The notes beneath the pieces are model-generated. The model saw nothing but the letters and a program-made list of their open reading frames with translations, was not told where the DNA came from and ran no database searches. DNA of 63,596 bases, counting the filler, from Basidiobolus ranarum (taxonomy: Eukaryota), in NCBI GenBank assembly GCA_040143965.1. It is 43 parts of 43 records of this genome, joined end to end, with 100 filler letters (N's around TTAATTAATTAA, not from the genome) between each part and the next. Parts side by side here need not be neighbours in the genome. Positions count along the whole stretch, not along the records: positions 1 to 1,387 come from JASJQH010005331.1; positions 1,488 to 2,874 come from JASJQH010005332.1; positions 2,975 to 4,361 come from JASJQH010005333.1; positions 4,462 to 5,847 come from JASJQH010005334.1; positions 5,948 to 7,333 come from JASJQH010005335.1; positions 7,434 to 8,818 come from JASJQH010005336.1; positions 8,919 to 10,303 come from JASJQH010005337.1; positions 10,404 to 11,788 come from JASJQH010005338.1; 35 more parts are not named here. One strand, 5' to 3'. The position numbers and the translations under genes are program-made. Shown here piece after piece: positions 1-12,002 of this stretch (position 1 is its first letter; each line of letters starts with the position of its first letter).

Positions 1-320
1 AGCATAAGCATTAAAGTTCTCCAAGGCGAACTTGCTCTTGAGCTCGTTTTTCAGAGCATTATTACCACTGCGACCACGGTTGTATTGGTCAAGCTTTGTC
101 TTTAAAAATTGGTCGACTAGGATAGTTTTTACACAAATTAGCACTGCATCTCATTTTGCTATTGGTGTAACAATGCACGCATACCTTTGTTCGAGTCAGC
201 TCCCTCTTTGATCTTCACGATATAGCGGTTGGAAATGTCAACACTCTGGCCATCACTGATTGGCACAGCCAAAACGATAGCGAGAAGAGATCCTAAGGCA
301 AAGATGCGAACGTTGACCAT
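1..320 (-). CDS. Secreted subtilisin/proteinase K-like protease (S8), 5' part with signal peptide and I9 propeptide. Exons 320-185 and 116-1, intron 184-117.
   Basis: Spliced translation MVNVRIFALGSLLAIVLAVPISDGQSVDISNRYIVKIKEGADSNKVDQFLK...KSKFALENFNAYA has the YIVK.K propeptide motif. The intron is GTATGC..GCTAAT..TAG, with TATAAAA at ~398-392. Not in the ORF track. Confidence 0.85.
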
Positions 321-1277
321 TGAAGAATTACTAAGTCAATCCGAAACTCAGATTATTAGAATGTTGAATATTACCTCTCTAGGCTTCTCCTTTTTATATG
401 TCTTCACCGTATCATTCAGTGACTACTTTTCTCATAGTGTGGTACCAACCGGTTGACCTCTGTAAGACGTTTCTGTAGATTTGAACTTCCAATTTGGACA
501 ACCGTTGGTAAATATTAGCGAGTGAACTAAATGTAGAAATTCCGATTATTTTGGAAATTATCTAAGCACTTAGTTTACCATCTAGCTTGACGTTCCCATG
601 GCTATAAGTAAAAATTCGGAATCCTGATATTCGGGTTTCTGTCTTCAAAGATCAAGATGATTTAGGTTTCGTATGATGTGATTGATATTTCTGATTGTAT
701 TGTTGATCCCTACCATGTTTCAGGAAATGTGGGATATAAATGTGAATCACATGAATCAGTATAGTTGGCTGAAATCGGTGGTTGGTTAAACCTCCCGTCA
801 CGATGGTAAAGTAGCAATTGATATTTCTGACGATCACTTCTTCGCTAGATCTAATCAGTATATCTACAAATTAAACTCAACAGAAATTATATCATCCAGC
901 GTCGGGATTGATACATATATTTGCTAATGGGCAAGTAGAGGTATTACTTTGTAATATCCAGTATATTGCATCTGATCATATACCGAACCATGCGCTACTA
1001 TCTTAGAGGTTTGTGTGCACACTTACACTAAGATCTTATATGCAGGTTAGATGTACTAGCAATAAGTTACTAGCGTCATGGAATTTACTACGTGATGTAG
1101 ATATTACTGTCATTTTACTGGCTAATATTTCTGAGCTTTTTTGTTGGACTCAATCAATTGATCTGTATCATTGTAAGTACAAATGTTTTTACGTCTTTTC
1201 AACTAAACTATATTTCTTTTTTGCTTTTATTTGACTTATTTATTTATTCACAACAGTTTCATGAGTATTAGCACACC

Positions 1278-1387
1278 TTATTGGTTAGAGTTGAAAACCA
1301 AAAGATTGGGAGTGGTGCCCTTCAATCCTGTGATCACATTCTTGGTGGCCTTGGAGACAAGTGCAGCATATACTTGAGCAGGGGTGC
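1278..1387 (-). CDS. C-terminus of an upstream subtilisin-like protease paralog
   Basis: TPAQVYAALVSKATKNVITGLKGTTPNLLVFNSNQ* is the typical proteinase K-family C-terminal TP..V..AT...TPNLL.FN pattern. Confidence 0.85.
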
Positions 1388-1487
1388 NNNNNNNNNNNNN
1401 NNNNNNNNNNNNNNNNNNNNNNNNNNNNNNNTTAATTAATTAANNNNNNNNNNNNNNNNNNNNNNNNNNNNNNNNNNNNNNNNNNNN
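1388..1487. other. Artificial contig spacer N44-TTAATTAATTAA-N44 (first of 42, one every ~1.48 kb)
   Basis: The same 100-bp block recurs and has stops in all six frames. Contig lengths fall monotonically from 1387 to 1375 bp. Confidence 0.99.
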
Positions 1488-2840
1488 TGGTATTAAACTT
1501 TTCTAGGACTTGGGAAATATGGATATTTTGTTCTTTTTGAGAGCTTGAGAAGACCAAGATATTTTCAAGGTAGATTACCATAAATTGGTCAAGACTCTCT
1601 CTGAACATATCAATTGTCATGTGTTGAAAGACTGCAGGGGCATTGGTAAGTCCAAATGACATGACATTGTATTCAAAGTGTCCATAGCAAGTTTGAAAGG
1701 CAGTTTTCCACTGGTCTCCAGGCTTGATTTTTACAAGAATGTATGCACCTCTTATATCAATCTTTGTAAACACCTTGGCTGAAGCAAGCTGATCTAAGAG
1801 TGAGTTGATTAATGTCAAGGGGTACTGATTTTTGACTGTAATGCTATTTAGGCCTCATTAATCCACTCAGAGATGTAGGGATCCATACTTTTTCTTAACT
1901 TAGATCCAGGATTCTTCTTTGGACAGGTTCTTGCTCTATGTCCAGGAGCTCCACAATAAAGGCATAGATTCTCTTGTTGGCACCAATATTTCTGCGCAGG
2001 GCTAAGCTTTCTGAAGCAAGTGCCATCAATTTGCATTGCATCATCAGCTTGAGCTGTATTTTGTGTTTGATGGAAGGGGGGTCTGAAAGTAGATGAGGAA
2101 GGAGAGAAGAAAGGAACCATACTTCTTTGTTGTTGTCTTTCAAACAACTGGTTGTCACATTTAACAGCCTGGTGGATAGCATCAGTCAAGGTCACTGAGT
2201 CAGCCATAGTGAGTAAAAGATCCTTAATATTTTCTTGGAGTCCATATTGGAGTTGGTTGATCAGGGCAGATTTTCCCCAATTGAGATCAAAGGCAAGAAG
2301 GCAAGATTCTGCAGCGTAAATTGATACAGGTTTTGACCCTTGTATAAGTGCACGGAACTTGGTGGCTCTTTCTTTATCTGCATTTCCAAATGTAGCTTCC
2401 AGTTCAGCAAGAAAGGCAAGGAAGTTTGAAAGAAGTGGAGATTGACTCTCCAATAAGGAGCAAACCAAGACAGAGATGTTCCTGATAAGAGTGTTCCCAC
2501 CAAGCCTACTTTTGTTTGGTCAGAGGGGTAGTGATGGGGATGTAACTGGATGATAAGCTTTACTTGGTTAATACAACCATGATAGTTTTGGCAAGTGCCA
2601 TCAAACTTATTTGGCAGGGAGATTTTAGGTTTAGGAGTTGGAATTGCAATATAGCTGGGTGGAGCTGGATTCTGTACTTGAGCAATGGAAGTACAAAGTT
2701 CTTGAGTTTCTTGCTGAAGATGAGTAAGAGCTTGCATAATATCTTCCATTGTGGGGGCCAGCATAGACATAATACTTACTATTTTGGGAGGGGGAAGTTT
2801 TAAAAACCACAAGTTTCTCTACGAATGATAATCACAATGC
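1488..2840 (-). mobile_element. Degenerate Ty3/gypsy gag (CCHC knuckle) joined directly to RT; protease deleted
   Basis: PKISLPNKFDG gag and CLYCGAPGHRARTC are followed by [27 protein letters not shown] and [11 protein letters not shown], with frameshifts and stops. The gag start is repeated at 62222-62320. Confidence 0.95.
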
Positions 2841-3782
2841 AATGTCCAACTTTCTGTTGAAGAAATGATTGGCANNNNNNNNNNNNNNNNNNNNNNNNNN
2901 NNNNNNNNNNNNNNNNNNTTAATTAATTAANNNNNNNNNNNNNNNNNNNNNNNNNNNNNNNNNNNNNNNNNNNNCTTGGCTTAGTAGTTGGAGAAGTACT
3001 CCTTAAAAGAACTCATCCATGAATAATCACTTATTGCTTCACACTAATTGTCACTTATCCAACTATTGCTGGACTATACCACTGTATTGGAAGTTTAACA
3101 CTTTTTGAACTATATATGCGTTAGACTTAATTCTTCCAAAAAAACGACGGAGTTCAAGGTCCAAGAGTAACATACTAATTGTTTCGGTTAGTCAAGTTCT
3201 CTTTGAACCAATACCCTTTTTGATCATCTGTATTTTGCACCATTTCAACTTGCACGAATCTCCAACTTTCAAGATTTTCTGTCCCAAATTTTTAGAACTT
3301 GCTTTTATTTGCTTTACACAACGACTGAACGTTCTTAGAATACTCAGTATTCATTTACATTTCAGGAATAAATTATTGTGGAGAAAATTTATTGTTTTGA
3401 TGCTTCAAAAAGCAATGATGATGTAATAGTCACGTAGGCCTCAAGAATGAATTTTGACCAATTTCCAAGCATTTGCTACCAGTATACCGAATATCTAGGT
3501 TTGACATAAGCGCGTGAATTAAATCCCATCATTTTATATTGGACTGGCAGATGAATCCGTTGGTGGCGATGAAGGGGACGAAGAGAATTTTTCATATTCC
3601 AGTGAATTCGAAATCATCCACGTCAATTTTACTTTGGGAACCCCCGCTTAGAATTTCGATCTTTTCAAAGTTGGGGCTTCGTTTATTGTTACCACAATCT
3701 GTTAGTCTCTTTCCCTCGCTTCACATCACCAAAGCAGACTCCAATACCGTCTCTCGCTTATCACACATAGATATATAAAGTG

Positions 3783-4310
3783 ATGTCTGGCTCTGATCTT
3801 GCTCAAATTTGGAACCCTTTGTATTTGGTTCAACGCTTCAATGAATATAAGGCCAGTCTCGGTCTCCCAAACCCCGGTTCTTATGAAGCTCTTCAACGTG
3901 AAGTTAAAAGTAAGCTCGAGTCTCTTGGCTGGCTCGATAGTTTTATTGAGATAGTCCTTGAAGTTATTAGGAAGAGTCTAACTGACCCATGATTCGTTTC
4001 TTTAGACACTTTCTTGACCAACCATGTTTTTGATGGTGCCAGAGCTGATTTGACCAAAGTTTTATCCCAAAACTTCCAAGTCACTCATTCTTTCTCCCTT
4101 GGATCCATGGTCATGCCCCCCACTTACAGTTTCGGAACTGTCTTTGTTGGCGCTAAGGTATTTAGGATACTTACAACTCTATGTAAAACGAGCTATTCTG
4201 TTAAGCATTTATAGTCTTTCCTCCAACGTACCATTGACTCCGATGGTTGGCTAATAGCGGGGGGCTACTTTGGTTGGGCTCCTAACATGGTATCCAAGAT
4301 TCATTGCTAG
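3783..4310 (+). CDS. TOM40: Mitochondrial import channel TOM40, 5' part. Exons 3783-3909, 4006-4157, 4215-4310; in-frame TAG at 4308-4310.
   Basis: LGLPNPGSYEALQREVKNTFLTNHVFDGARADLTK..NFQVTHSFSLGS..PTYSFG, with GT-AG introns that keep the frame. Confidence 0.9.
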
Positions 4311-4461
4311 GTAAGAGAGTGAAGTACCCAGCATTGAAAGTTGCCGTCAGTTACTTATTTTNNNNNNNNNNNNNNNNNNNNNNNNNNNNNNNNNNNNNNN
4401 NNNNNTTAATTAATTAANNNNNNNNNNNNNNNNNNNNNNNNNNNNNNNNNNNNNNNNNNNN

Positions 4462-5847
4462 GCTTCCCTAACAAAGTGATGTTGAATATCAATGTGCTTA
4501 CTTCTAGCATGAAATTTAGGATTTTTAGCTAAAGAAATACAACTTTGATTATCCTTGAAAATTATGGTGGGTGAACTTTGAATAATGCCCAAGTCTTTGA
4601 ACAGCTTCCTTGACCACATAGCCTCCTTTGTTGTATGTGATGCTGACATGTACTCTGCCTCCCTATTAAGCATGGGTGAAAATTGGATGTGATTTAGAGA
4701 AGTTTTGAGCAAGTAGTGAAAATTGGTAAGAGTAATCTAATTGCTAGAAATATCAATTAGAGCAATGAACACATTTTTTCAATGAGAGGATTGAGTACTA
4801 AATAGTCAGAATATGAATAAACTAACTACTAAATAATGAATTGCTATTTACCTAATTTTAACATAAATTATCTATTTAACTTGTTTCAGTAGAAACACCT
4901 GAAAAGAGATCAGGAATAGACCAGATGTCTCCATATCTGACCCAACTCTGCATCTTTTCTCTCAGCAAAAGTAAGTAGTGGCTGATGCAAACATTATCCA
5001 CCAGAACCAACCATGTCAAAAAATGTTGATGAAAACCATAAGACATGAACTTGGAACTGGTTGGCTTTGATCTATATAATATCCCTCTGTTTCAGCCAAG
5101 CAGTTGATATGCTTCAGAGGCTTGGAATGGCTGTGATAAAGACAAGGAGCAAAACTTTATTCCTGCTGCAGTACTTAAAGCATTCAAGAGATATCAGAAT
5201 GCATAGGAAAAGACAGAGCTTCTATCTTTAAGTGATGAGCATGCACAATATTCATTAGATAACATGCCTGTGAGCAGAGTACCCTAATGTATGAGTCCCT
5301 GGAACAACCAGAGGGTAATGAGTCAACTTCTTGGCTTTTCTGATAAAATGTTTAGGGGATTTGGAAGTGTTGTGGACAAGATTTAAGTTTGTGAATAAGA
5401 CACTCAAGTTTGTTAAATTGAATATGTCCCATTTGTAATCAAATATGAAATAGGACTACTAGATATGCTTAGCTCATAAAAAACATGTCTGTTAAGCATG
5501 GGTGAGGATTTGAGGTGATTTTGAGAAGTTCTGAGAAAATAGTTAAAATAGGTAAAAGTGATCTAATTAATATTTCCATCAATTAGATCAATGAGCACAC
5601 ATTTTTGAATGACTGAATTGAGTGCTAAATAATCAGAAGATGAATAAGCTGCCTTTTGTCTGATTAAGTGCTTCTGGACCATTTGTAGCTTGCATCAAGT
5701 CATCCACATAGTGCCAAGATAAGGATGCTGTTTCAGTTGTGTTGATGTAAATACTGTGATCTGCTGTGCATTTTTGGAATTCTAGTGATTCCAAATAGGT
5801 ATCCATCTTGTGGAACAATGCCCTGGGTGCTTGCTTGAGTCCATATA
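4462..5847 (-). mobile_element. Copia RNase H (4462-4660) and RT (5650-5847) fragments with two partial LTR-F copies (4665-4863, 5341-5650)
   Basis: EAEY..KEAMW..DNQSCI..KNPKFHARSKHIDIQHHFVRE; YGLKQAPRA and YVDDL. LTR-F matches 23957, 24555, 32931 and 63383. Confidence 0.9.
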
Positions 5848-5947
5848 NNNNNNNNNNNNNNNNNNNNNNNNNNNNNNNNNNNNNNNNNNNNTTAATTAAT
5901 TAANNNNNNNNNNNNNNNNNNNNNNNNNNNNNNNNNNNNNNNNNNNN

Positions 5948-7333
5948 TCATTTCACAGCAGGTGTGCTCCATTGGGAACTCCCAGAATGTATAGCAAGGG
6001 CCTATAATCTCTAAGCCTTGAGAAAGTTGCAGCAGGGAAAGTATTAATTACCAGCATAGATTCAGTCAATCTTCTTGAAACCTTCAACAAAGTTTTTCAT
6101 ATGCAATTGCAAAATCTTGGCACAGCTGCTGTATCTGCCTGAGATCTGCCAATGTGAGTTGATGCCATAAGAATATATTAACAAATATCCACAAACAACT
6201 CCCAATGTTGCCAATACTTGATAGTAATTATCCTTTCAAAATTCCACTTGATTATATACAAATCAAATACTTCCAGTATTTGCATTTGAATAAATGCCTT
6301 GATGAGTGGCTATGGATGGCAGTCCTGGTAAAATATGATAGTATCTTGATGTTTTCAAGCTATTTCCCAATTGATTCAAACTTTGATCCTATCTTAAATG
6401 TTACATTCATATTGAATTTTCCACTATATAGCTGAGTAAGTGGTATTGGTATGTTTTTGAATAGTAAGTGCATAGTGGCTGATGGGAAGCTCTTGCTCCA
6501 GTGGATCCACTTTACTAATATATTCTTAGGCTTATGGCTAATTCCAAGTTTGATGTTAGCCTGACTATTTGGTGAATTGATATTGGTGATCATGTGAGAT
6601 CTGACTGGGCTCTTGCTAATAAAATCATGGAGTTTAGTGTTGTATTTGAATAGTAGTAATGCATGTGCTTGATAGAATTAAATCCATTGATTTGACAAAA
6701 TTGACAGCAAGAAAGTGCATTGTTTGCACCAAAACCTCCAAGTTTAATGATGGCAGGAGTGTCACCAATACATACATTGATATTAACTTTAACAAAATAT
6801 TCAGCCATCTGAACCCCATTAAAAAACCATTCCAATTGCACAATCAATGGCTCCAAGAAGCTATATACAAGCACCATTGATTTAAGTCCAGATATGATGG
6901 ATAGTATCAAAATATGATGACTCTTATACCATCCAGGAGGGGGAAAATTTAACTTAATTAAAGTTATTGGCCAGCAAGCCTTTCACTATAAAAAATATGG
7001 CAACAAATACCAGAGGAAATCCAGAGAAAACACAAATATAGGGATAGGAATACCATGAGAAAATGGGAGGAAAAAAAACTGGTAGAGAAATCATAGGAAA
7101 TTGTTGCAATATCAGTAAGATGCCATTATAGAGCCATCAGAAAGTAGTTTGAAATGCAAATTTAAATTTTTTTTGTTAGGGCTTTCCAATGGTATAATTG
7201 TTTACTGAGAAACCATCCAGAGCCAATGCAAATGCATGATCATATGTGTTCTCAACAAAACCTTGACTTTTCAGATTCTGGTAGTGATATTCATCAAGTA
7301 TAATGGTATTATCATCAGCTTTACAGTGAGTAC
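5948..7333 (-). mobile_element. Degenerate CACTA/EnSpm (Tnp2-type) transposase
   Basis: WPITLIKLNFPPP..ILILSIISG..SFLEPL, IGDTPA..CCQFC, MHLLFKN and GPCYTFWEFPME; same family as 17826-19209. Confidence 0.85.
6984..7181. mobile_element. 198-bp insertion with CACTA.../...TAGGG ends inside the transposase (MITE-like)
   Basis: Absent from the sister copies (10531-10540 and ~18041-18060). Flanked by a duplicated CTTT. Confidence 0.65.
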
Positions 7334-7433
7334 NNNNNNNNNNNNNNNNNNNNNNNNNNNNNNNNNNNNNNNNNNNNTTAATTAATTAANNNNNNNNNNN
7401 NNNNNNNNNNNNNNNNNNNNNNNNNNNNNNNNN

Positions 7434-8599
7434 AAACACCAGGAATAGATTACACAGAAACTTTTGCTCCTGTAACAAAGTTTAATTCAATTAGATTGAT
7501 TTTAGCAATTTCAGTTAAATAACAGTTCATAATACATCAAATAGATGTTAAAGCTGCTTTTTTGAATGGTGAGCTTGCTGAGAAGATCTATATTGACCAG
7601 CCAAATGGATTTGTGGACCTAGAAGACCCTAAACAAGTTTGCAGACTGTGGAAAACACTCTGTGGCTGAAAACAATCTCCAAGAGTTTGGAATAACAAGA
7701 TAGATTCTTTTTTGGAAACACTCATATTCCAAGAGAGTAATGTTGACTATAGTATCTACTTCAGGCCAGATAGGACAAACCCACTTTTATAAGCCTTATA
7801 AGTAGATTACCTCATCATAGCAACAAATGACTTGAAGACTTTGGAGAAAACCAAATCCAGCTTATCTGCCAAATTCAAAATGACTGAACTTGGTGAACTG
7901 ACACACTTTCTTAAAGTCCAAATTAAGATAGATAGGAATACCAAAACAATAACATTGAACAAGTCTAGGTATATCCTAGATATACTAAAGAAGTTTAAAA
8001 TTGAAGAATATATTCCAGTATCTAACCCAATGGAGACAAACTTTGACTTGACCAAAAATGGCTCAAACCAGATGTTCTTGCATTCAAATCAAAGCCAGAA
8101 ATTTCCTTATCAATCTATGGTTGGTAGTTTGATATATATCATGGTTGGAACATGGCCTGGCATTGCATATTCTGTGGGAGTTATGTGCCAATATCTTCAA
8201 AGTTATGGATATGATCAAGTTATAGCAGTTAAGTGGATTTTCAGGTATTTGAAAGGTACTGTGGATTGGTGCTTAAAATACACATATTCTAGATCAAACT
8301 TTGATCTGATGGGATATTTGGATGCATATTGGGGAAGAGATCTTGAAGACAGGAGAACAACAACAGGAAACTTATGTCTTTGCTGTAATGGAACTATTTC
8401 TTGGGATTCAAAGAAACAACCTACCATGTCAATTTCAACAACAGAAGCAGAAAACATGGCTGCCAGTGAAGCAACAAAAGAAGCAATATAGTTAAGAAAA
8501 CTCTTAATTGATTTAGCTTATTTGCAAAATTCACCAACTACAATATTTCAAGATAATTAAAGCTTTATTAATTTAGCTAAAAATCCCACACTTCACAAT
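7434..8599 (+). mobile_element. Degenerate copia RT-RNase H
   Basis: [40 protein letters not shown], with many stops. Confidence 0.95.
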
Positions 8600-8818
8600 C
8601 CCTGACAGAAATTTGAGGATTGTTATTGTAGGAAAACCATCACAATTTTCATCCATTTGGGATTGACTGTTTACCCACTGTGATAAAATTGTCAAGTTAG
8701 ATTTGATTTTAATGAATTTTTTCAGTTTCAGGAGTGAAATTTCAAGATCTCACAAAATAATTGTGCATGATTGGCTACAATCTCAAAAACTCCTCCCAGA
8801 TATCTGCACAGTCAACAC
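8600..8818 (+). mobile_element. CACTA-family left end (CCCTRACAGAAATTTGAGG...); further copies at 14544, 44359, 48418 and reversed ending at 10690
   Basis: The same sequence starts abruptly at CCCT in different flanking elements. Confidence 0.8.
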
Positions 8819-8918
8819 NNNNNNNNNNNNNNNNNNNNNNNNNNNNNNNNNNNNNNNNNNNNTTAATTAATTAANNNNNNNNNNNNNNNNNNNNNNNNNN
8901 NNNNNNNNNNNNNNNNNN

Positions 8919-10218
8919 AGCATTTCTTAATGGAGAAATTGATGAAGATATATATATGGATCAACTAGAGGGATATATTGCATAAGGAAAAGAAAATCAA
9001 GTATGCAAACTACCAAGAAGTCTATATGGTCTGAAACAGGCCCCTAGTGCATGGAATACCAAAATCAATCAGATCTTCATGAAACATCTTTTCCAATGTA
9101 GCAAAGCTGATCACTGCATATACTTCAAGACTATCAAAGCCAACAAAGTGACAATTGCTCTCTATGTTGATGATTTGATAATAGTTAGTAATTGCCCAAA
9201 TCTGGTGAAACAAACTAAGACCTGGCTATCTACCAAGTTTGAAATGCAAGATCTAGGATCACTAGCATATTGTCTTGGAATGCAGATACATTAAAATTGC
9301 ATTATTGGAACACTCTGTATTACACAAGAAAAATATATTGGAGATGTTTTAAACAAATTCAATATGTCAGAATGTAAAATCCATCACCCTCTGCTTGATC
9401 AATTTGAATCACACTTACTCTAACATATTGATCCAAGGTCCTATAAATCCTGGCACAATGCAACAAGTCCACTGAAGACTGTAAATCTAGAACTGGATAT
9501 GTGTTTATGCTAGTAGGTGGACCAAAAAGCTGGATTAGCAATAAACAACAAACTGTTGATTTATAACTACAGGAGCAGAATATATAGCAAGCTCTATGGC
9601 TGTTCAAGAAGCTATATGGCTAAGGAGTCTTCTCAAGGATCTAGGATATGATCAATTTAATCCTAGCTGAATATATCAAGACAATATTAGTTGTGTTCAG
9701 ATCACCAAGAATCCTGAGCATGACTCAAGGATGAAACATATTGATATAAGACATCTTATTACATGGGAGAGAGTTCAAGACAAAAAAGTGAACTGTATTT
9801 ATTGTAATACTGAAATCTTGCTTGCAGATATACTAATAAAACCACTCAAAACTTCAAGCTTTGAGAAGTTAAGGGCAGGAATAGGCATTAGTGAATATAA
9901 GCACAATGCTGAATAAGAATTAAGGGAGGGTGTTGCATAACTGATCTTTATTCAACATAATAGTTAACTTTAGTTATGATACATATCAGAAACAGAAAGC
10001 AATATTTGTATAGCCCCTATATTCTGAATAGGAATATCTCTATATCTATATACCAAGTATGTCTTATTACACAAACTCCTGAATATCTCAAACAATTGAT
10101 TTTCTTTTCTACTGTATAACTCACCATATACTCTTAAGAATAAAGTAATCGAAATGCACTTTCATAAGTTGCCTTTAATACACAAAGTCTACCCCCATTA
10201 TGTCAAGATCCTCCAACA
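8919..10218 (+). mobile_element. Copia RT-RNase H remnant with PPT (AAGGGAGGG) and 3' LTR family C (9931-10218, TGTTG...CAACA)
   Basis: LYGLKQAP, LYVDDL, KHIDIR and ADILIKPL, with the PPT directly before TGTTG. An LTR-A fragment follows at 10219-10303. Confidence 0.9.
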
Positions 10219-10403
10219 CTTAGTCAAATATCACTTAACTGAAAACCAGAACATATACTATATATATGTGAATAATGTGAGAATTAGCAATTCCATATTG
10301 AAANNNNNNNNNNNNNNNNNNNNNNNNNNNNNNNNNNNNNNNNNNNNTTAATTAATTAANNNNNNNNNNNNNNNNNNNNNNNNNNNNNNNNNNNNNNNNN
10401 NNN

Positions 10404-11155
10404 GGCTCCAAGAAACTATCCATAAGCACTGGTGATTTAGGTCCAGATATGATGGATAGTATAAAAATATTATGACTCTTTTACTGTTCAGAAGGAGGAA
10501 GATTTAAGTTGATTGAAATTTTTGGCCAGCAAGCCTTTCCAACAGTATATTTGTTTAGTGAGAAACAATCCACAGCCAATGCAAATGCATGATCCTACAT
10601 GTTCTCAAAGAAACCTTGACTTTTCAGATTCTGGTAGTGATATCCATCAACTATAGCGGTAATACCATCAGCTTTAAATTTCTGTTAGGGCAATAGTGTA
10701 ATGTATACAATGGTTTGACCTTGCTATGCCAGTGGGGACTGTCAGCACACATCTCAAAAATCCTGAATCTGAGCACAGAACTTTGGAAAATGCTTGGTAA
10801 TACTCCAGCACTGCAGATGCACAGAATTTGGATGGCTACAATGTTGCAGACTGGGGAAGCAACCTTAATGACATGAAGATCAACAACTAGGTTCACCTTT
10901 CTTTATGGTAATCAAGTCATAACTTTGATTTGTAAGAAGCAACCAACCATAGTACTCTCCACTACAGAAGCAGAGTATATGGCTGCCTTTGCTCCTACAC
11001 AGGAAGCTATGTGATTAAGGAGATTATTTACAGACTTAGTATACATGCAAAAACATCCTATTACTGTATTTGAAGATAATCAAAGATGTTTTTTGTAGGC
11101 TAAAAACAATACATTTCACGCCAGAAACTGAACATATTAGACTTATTCCATTTTA
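10404..11155. mobile_element. Internally deleted CACTA piece ending in its left TIR (10404-10690, -), then a copia RNase H fragment (10691-11155, +)
   Basis: Transposase sequence is fused to AAATTTCTGTTAGGG; then KKQPTIVLSTTEAEYMA and FEDNQ. Confidence 0.8.
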
Positions 11156-11157
11156 TT

Positions 11158-11788
11158 GAGCCAGATCAGGCCAGCTAAAAAGTGTGCTAGCACAAATTGG
11201 AATGATTGGGCACTATCCAGCCTGATGTTATTTAATGTTTTGGAAAAAGTTTATTTTACTTATGTGGTATATTTAGGAAATGTACTTTTAGACATTATTG
11301 CACATTCAAAAGATGATGAAAGCTTTATTCATAGTGTCTTAAGTCTGGAGCTTTCAAAGGATATCTTTGAGTGTGAATGTAGTGAGATTTAATCAAGATT
11401 TTGACTACTTTGCCTAACTTTGATTGAGGCCCACTAAATGATTTTCCTCTATACTTTCCTGCTTCAATGTTATATCTCTTTAGGAAACCAAAGCTATGTT
11501 CTACTCTTGCTCTAAAATGGGAAAAAATGTTATTATAAAGATTTTGTTGCTGTGTGAGTATCCCTCCTGTGGGCCTCTTATTAGCTGTGACCCAACCTAG
11601 CCTTCTGCATTCTTCCCCAACATATGCCAAATCAGCCATAGTCTTCTCATATCTTACAAATGGTGCATGCCTCTCAACCCAAAGCCTTTTGTCATGGTGT
11701 CTCCCTGGATGTGGTCCACTAAACTAAATGATATTTACTTTCAAATCTGTAAAAGCCTGGAACTTTACACAGTGGGCTTTGTACTTGC
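11158..11788 (-). mobile_element. PIF/Harbinger-ISL2EU-type (DDE_Tnp_4) transposase C-terminal half and element terminus
   Basis: KYKAHCVKFQ..SGPHPGRHHD..ADLAY..YNNIFSHFRARVEHSFGFLKRY; the terminus GAGCCAGATCAGG is shared with 43403. Confidence 0.8.
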
Positions 11789-12002
11789 NNNNNNNNNNNN
11801 NNNNNNNNNNNNNNNNNNNNNNNNNNNNNNNNTTAATTAATTAANNNNNNNNNNNNNNNNNNNNNNNNNNNNNNNNNNNNNNNNNNNNATTCCAACCAAA
11901 TTGCAATTGAGAATAATAGGTAATATTTTAGTGAAATACAAGATACCTAAATACTAAGCTATATATGACTATATAGGTGTTTAGGCAATGCTAATTTCAA
12001 CA

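Noticed and set aside
1432..1443. Regularly spaced TTAATTAATTAA as a CRISPR-like or biological repeat
   Set aside because: It is embedded in Ns, has stops in six frames and separates length-sorted contigs, so it is an assembly linker.
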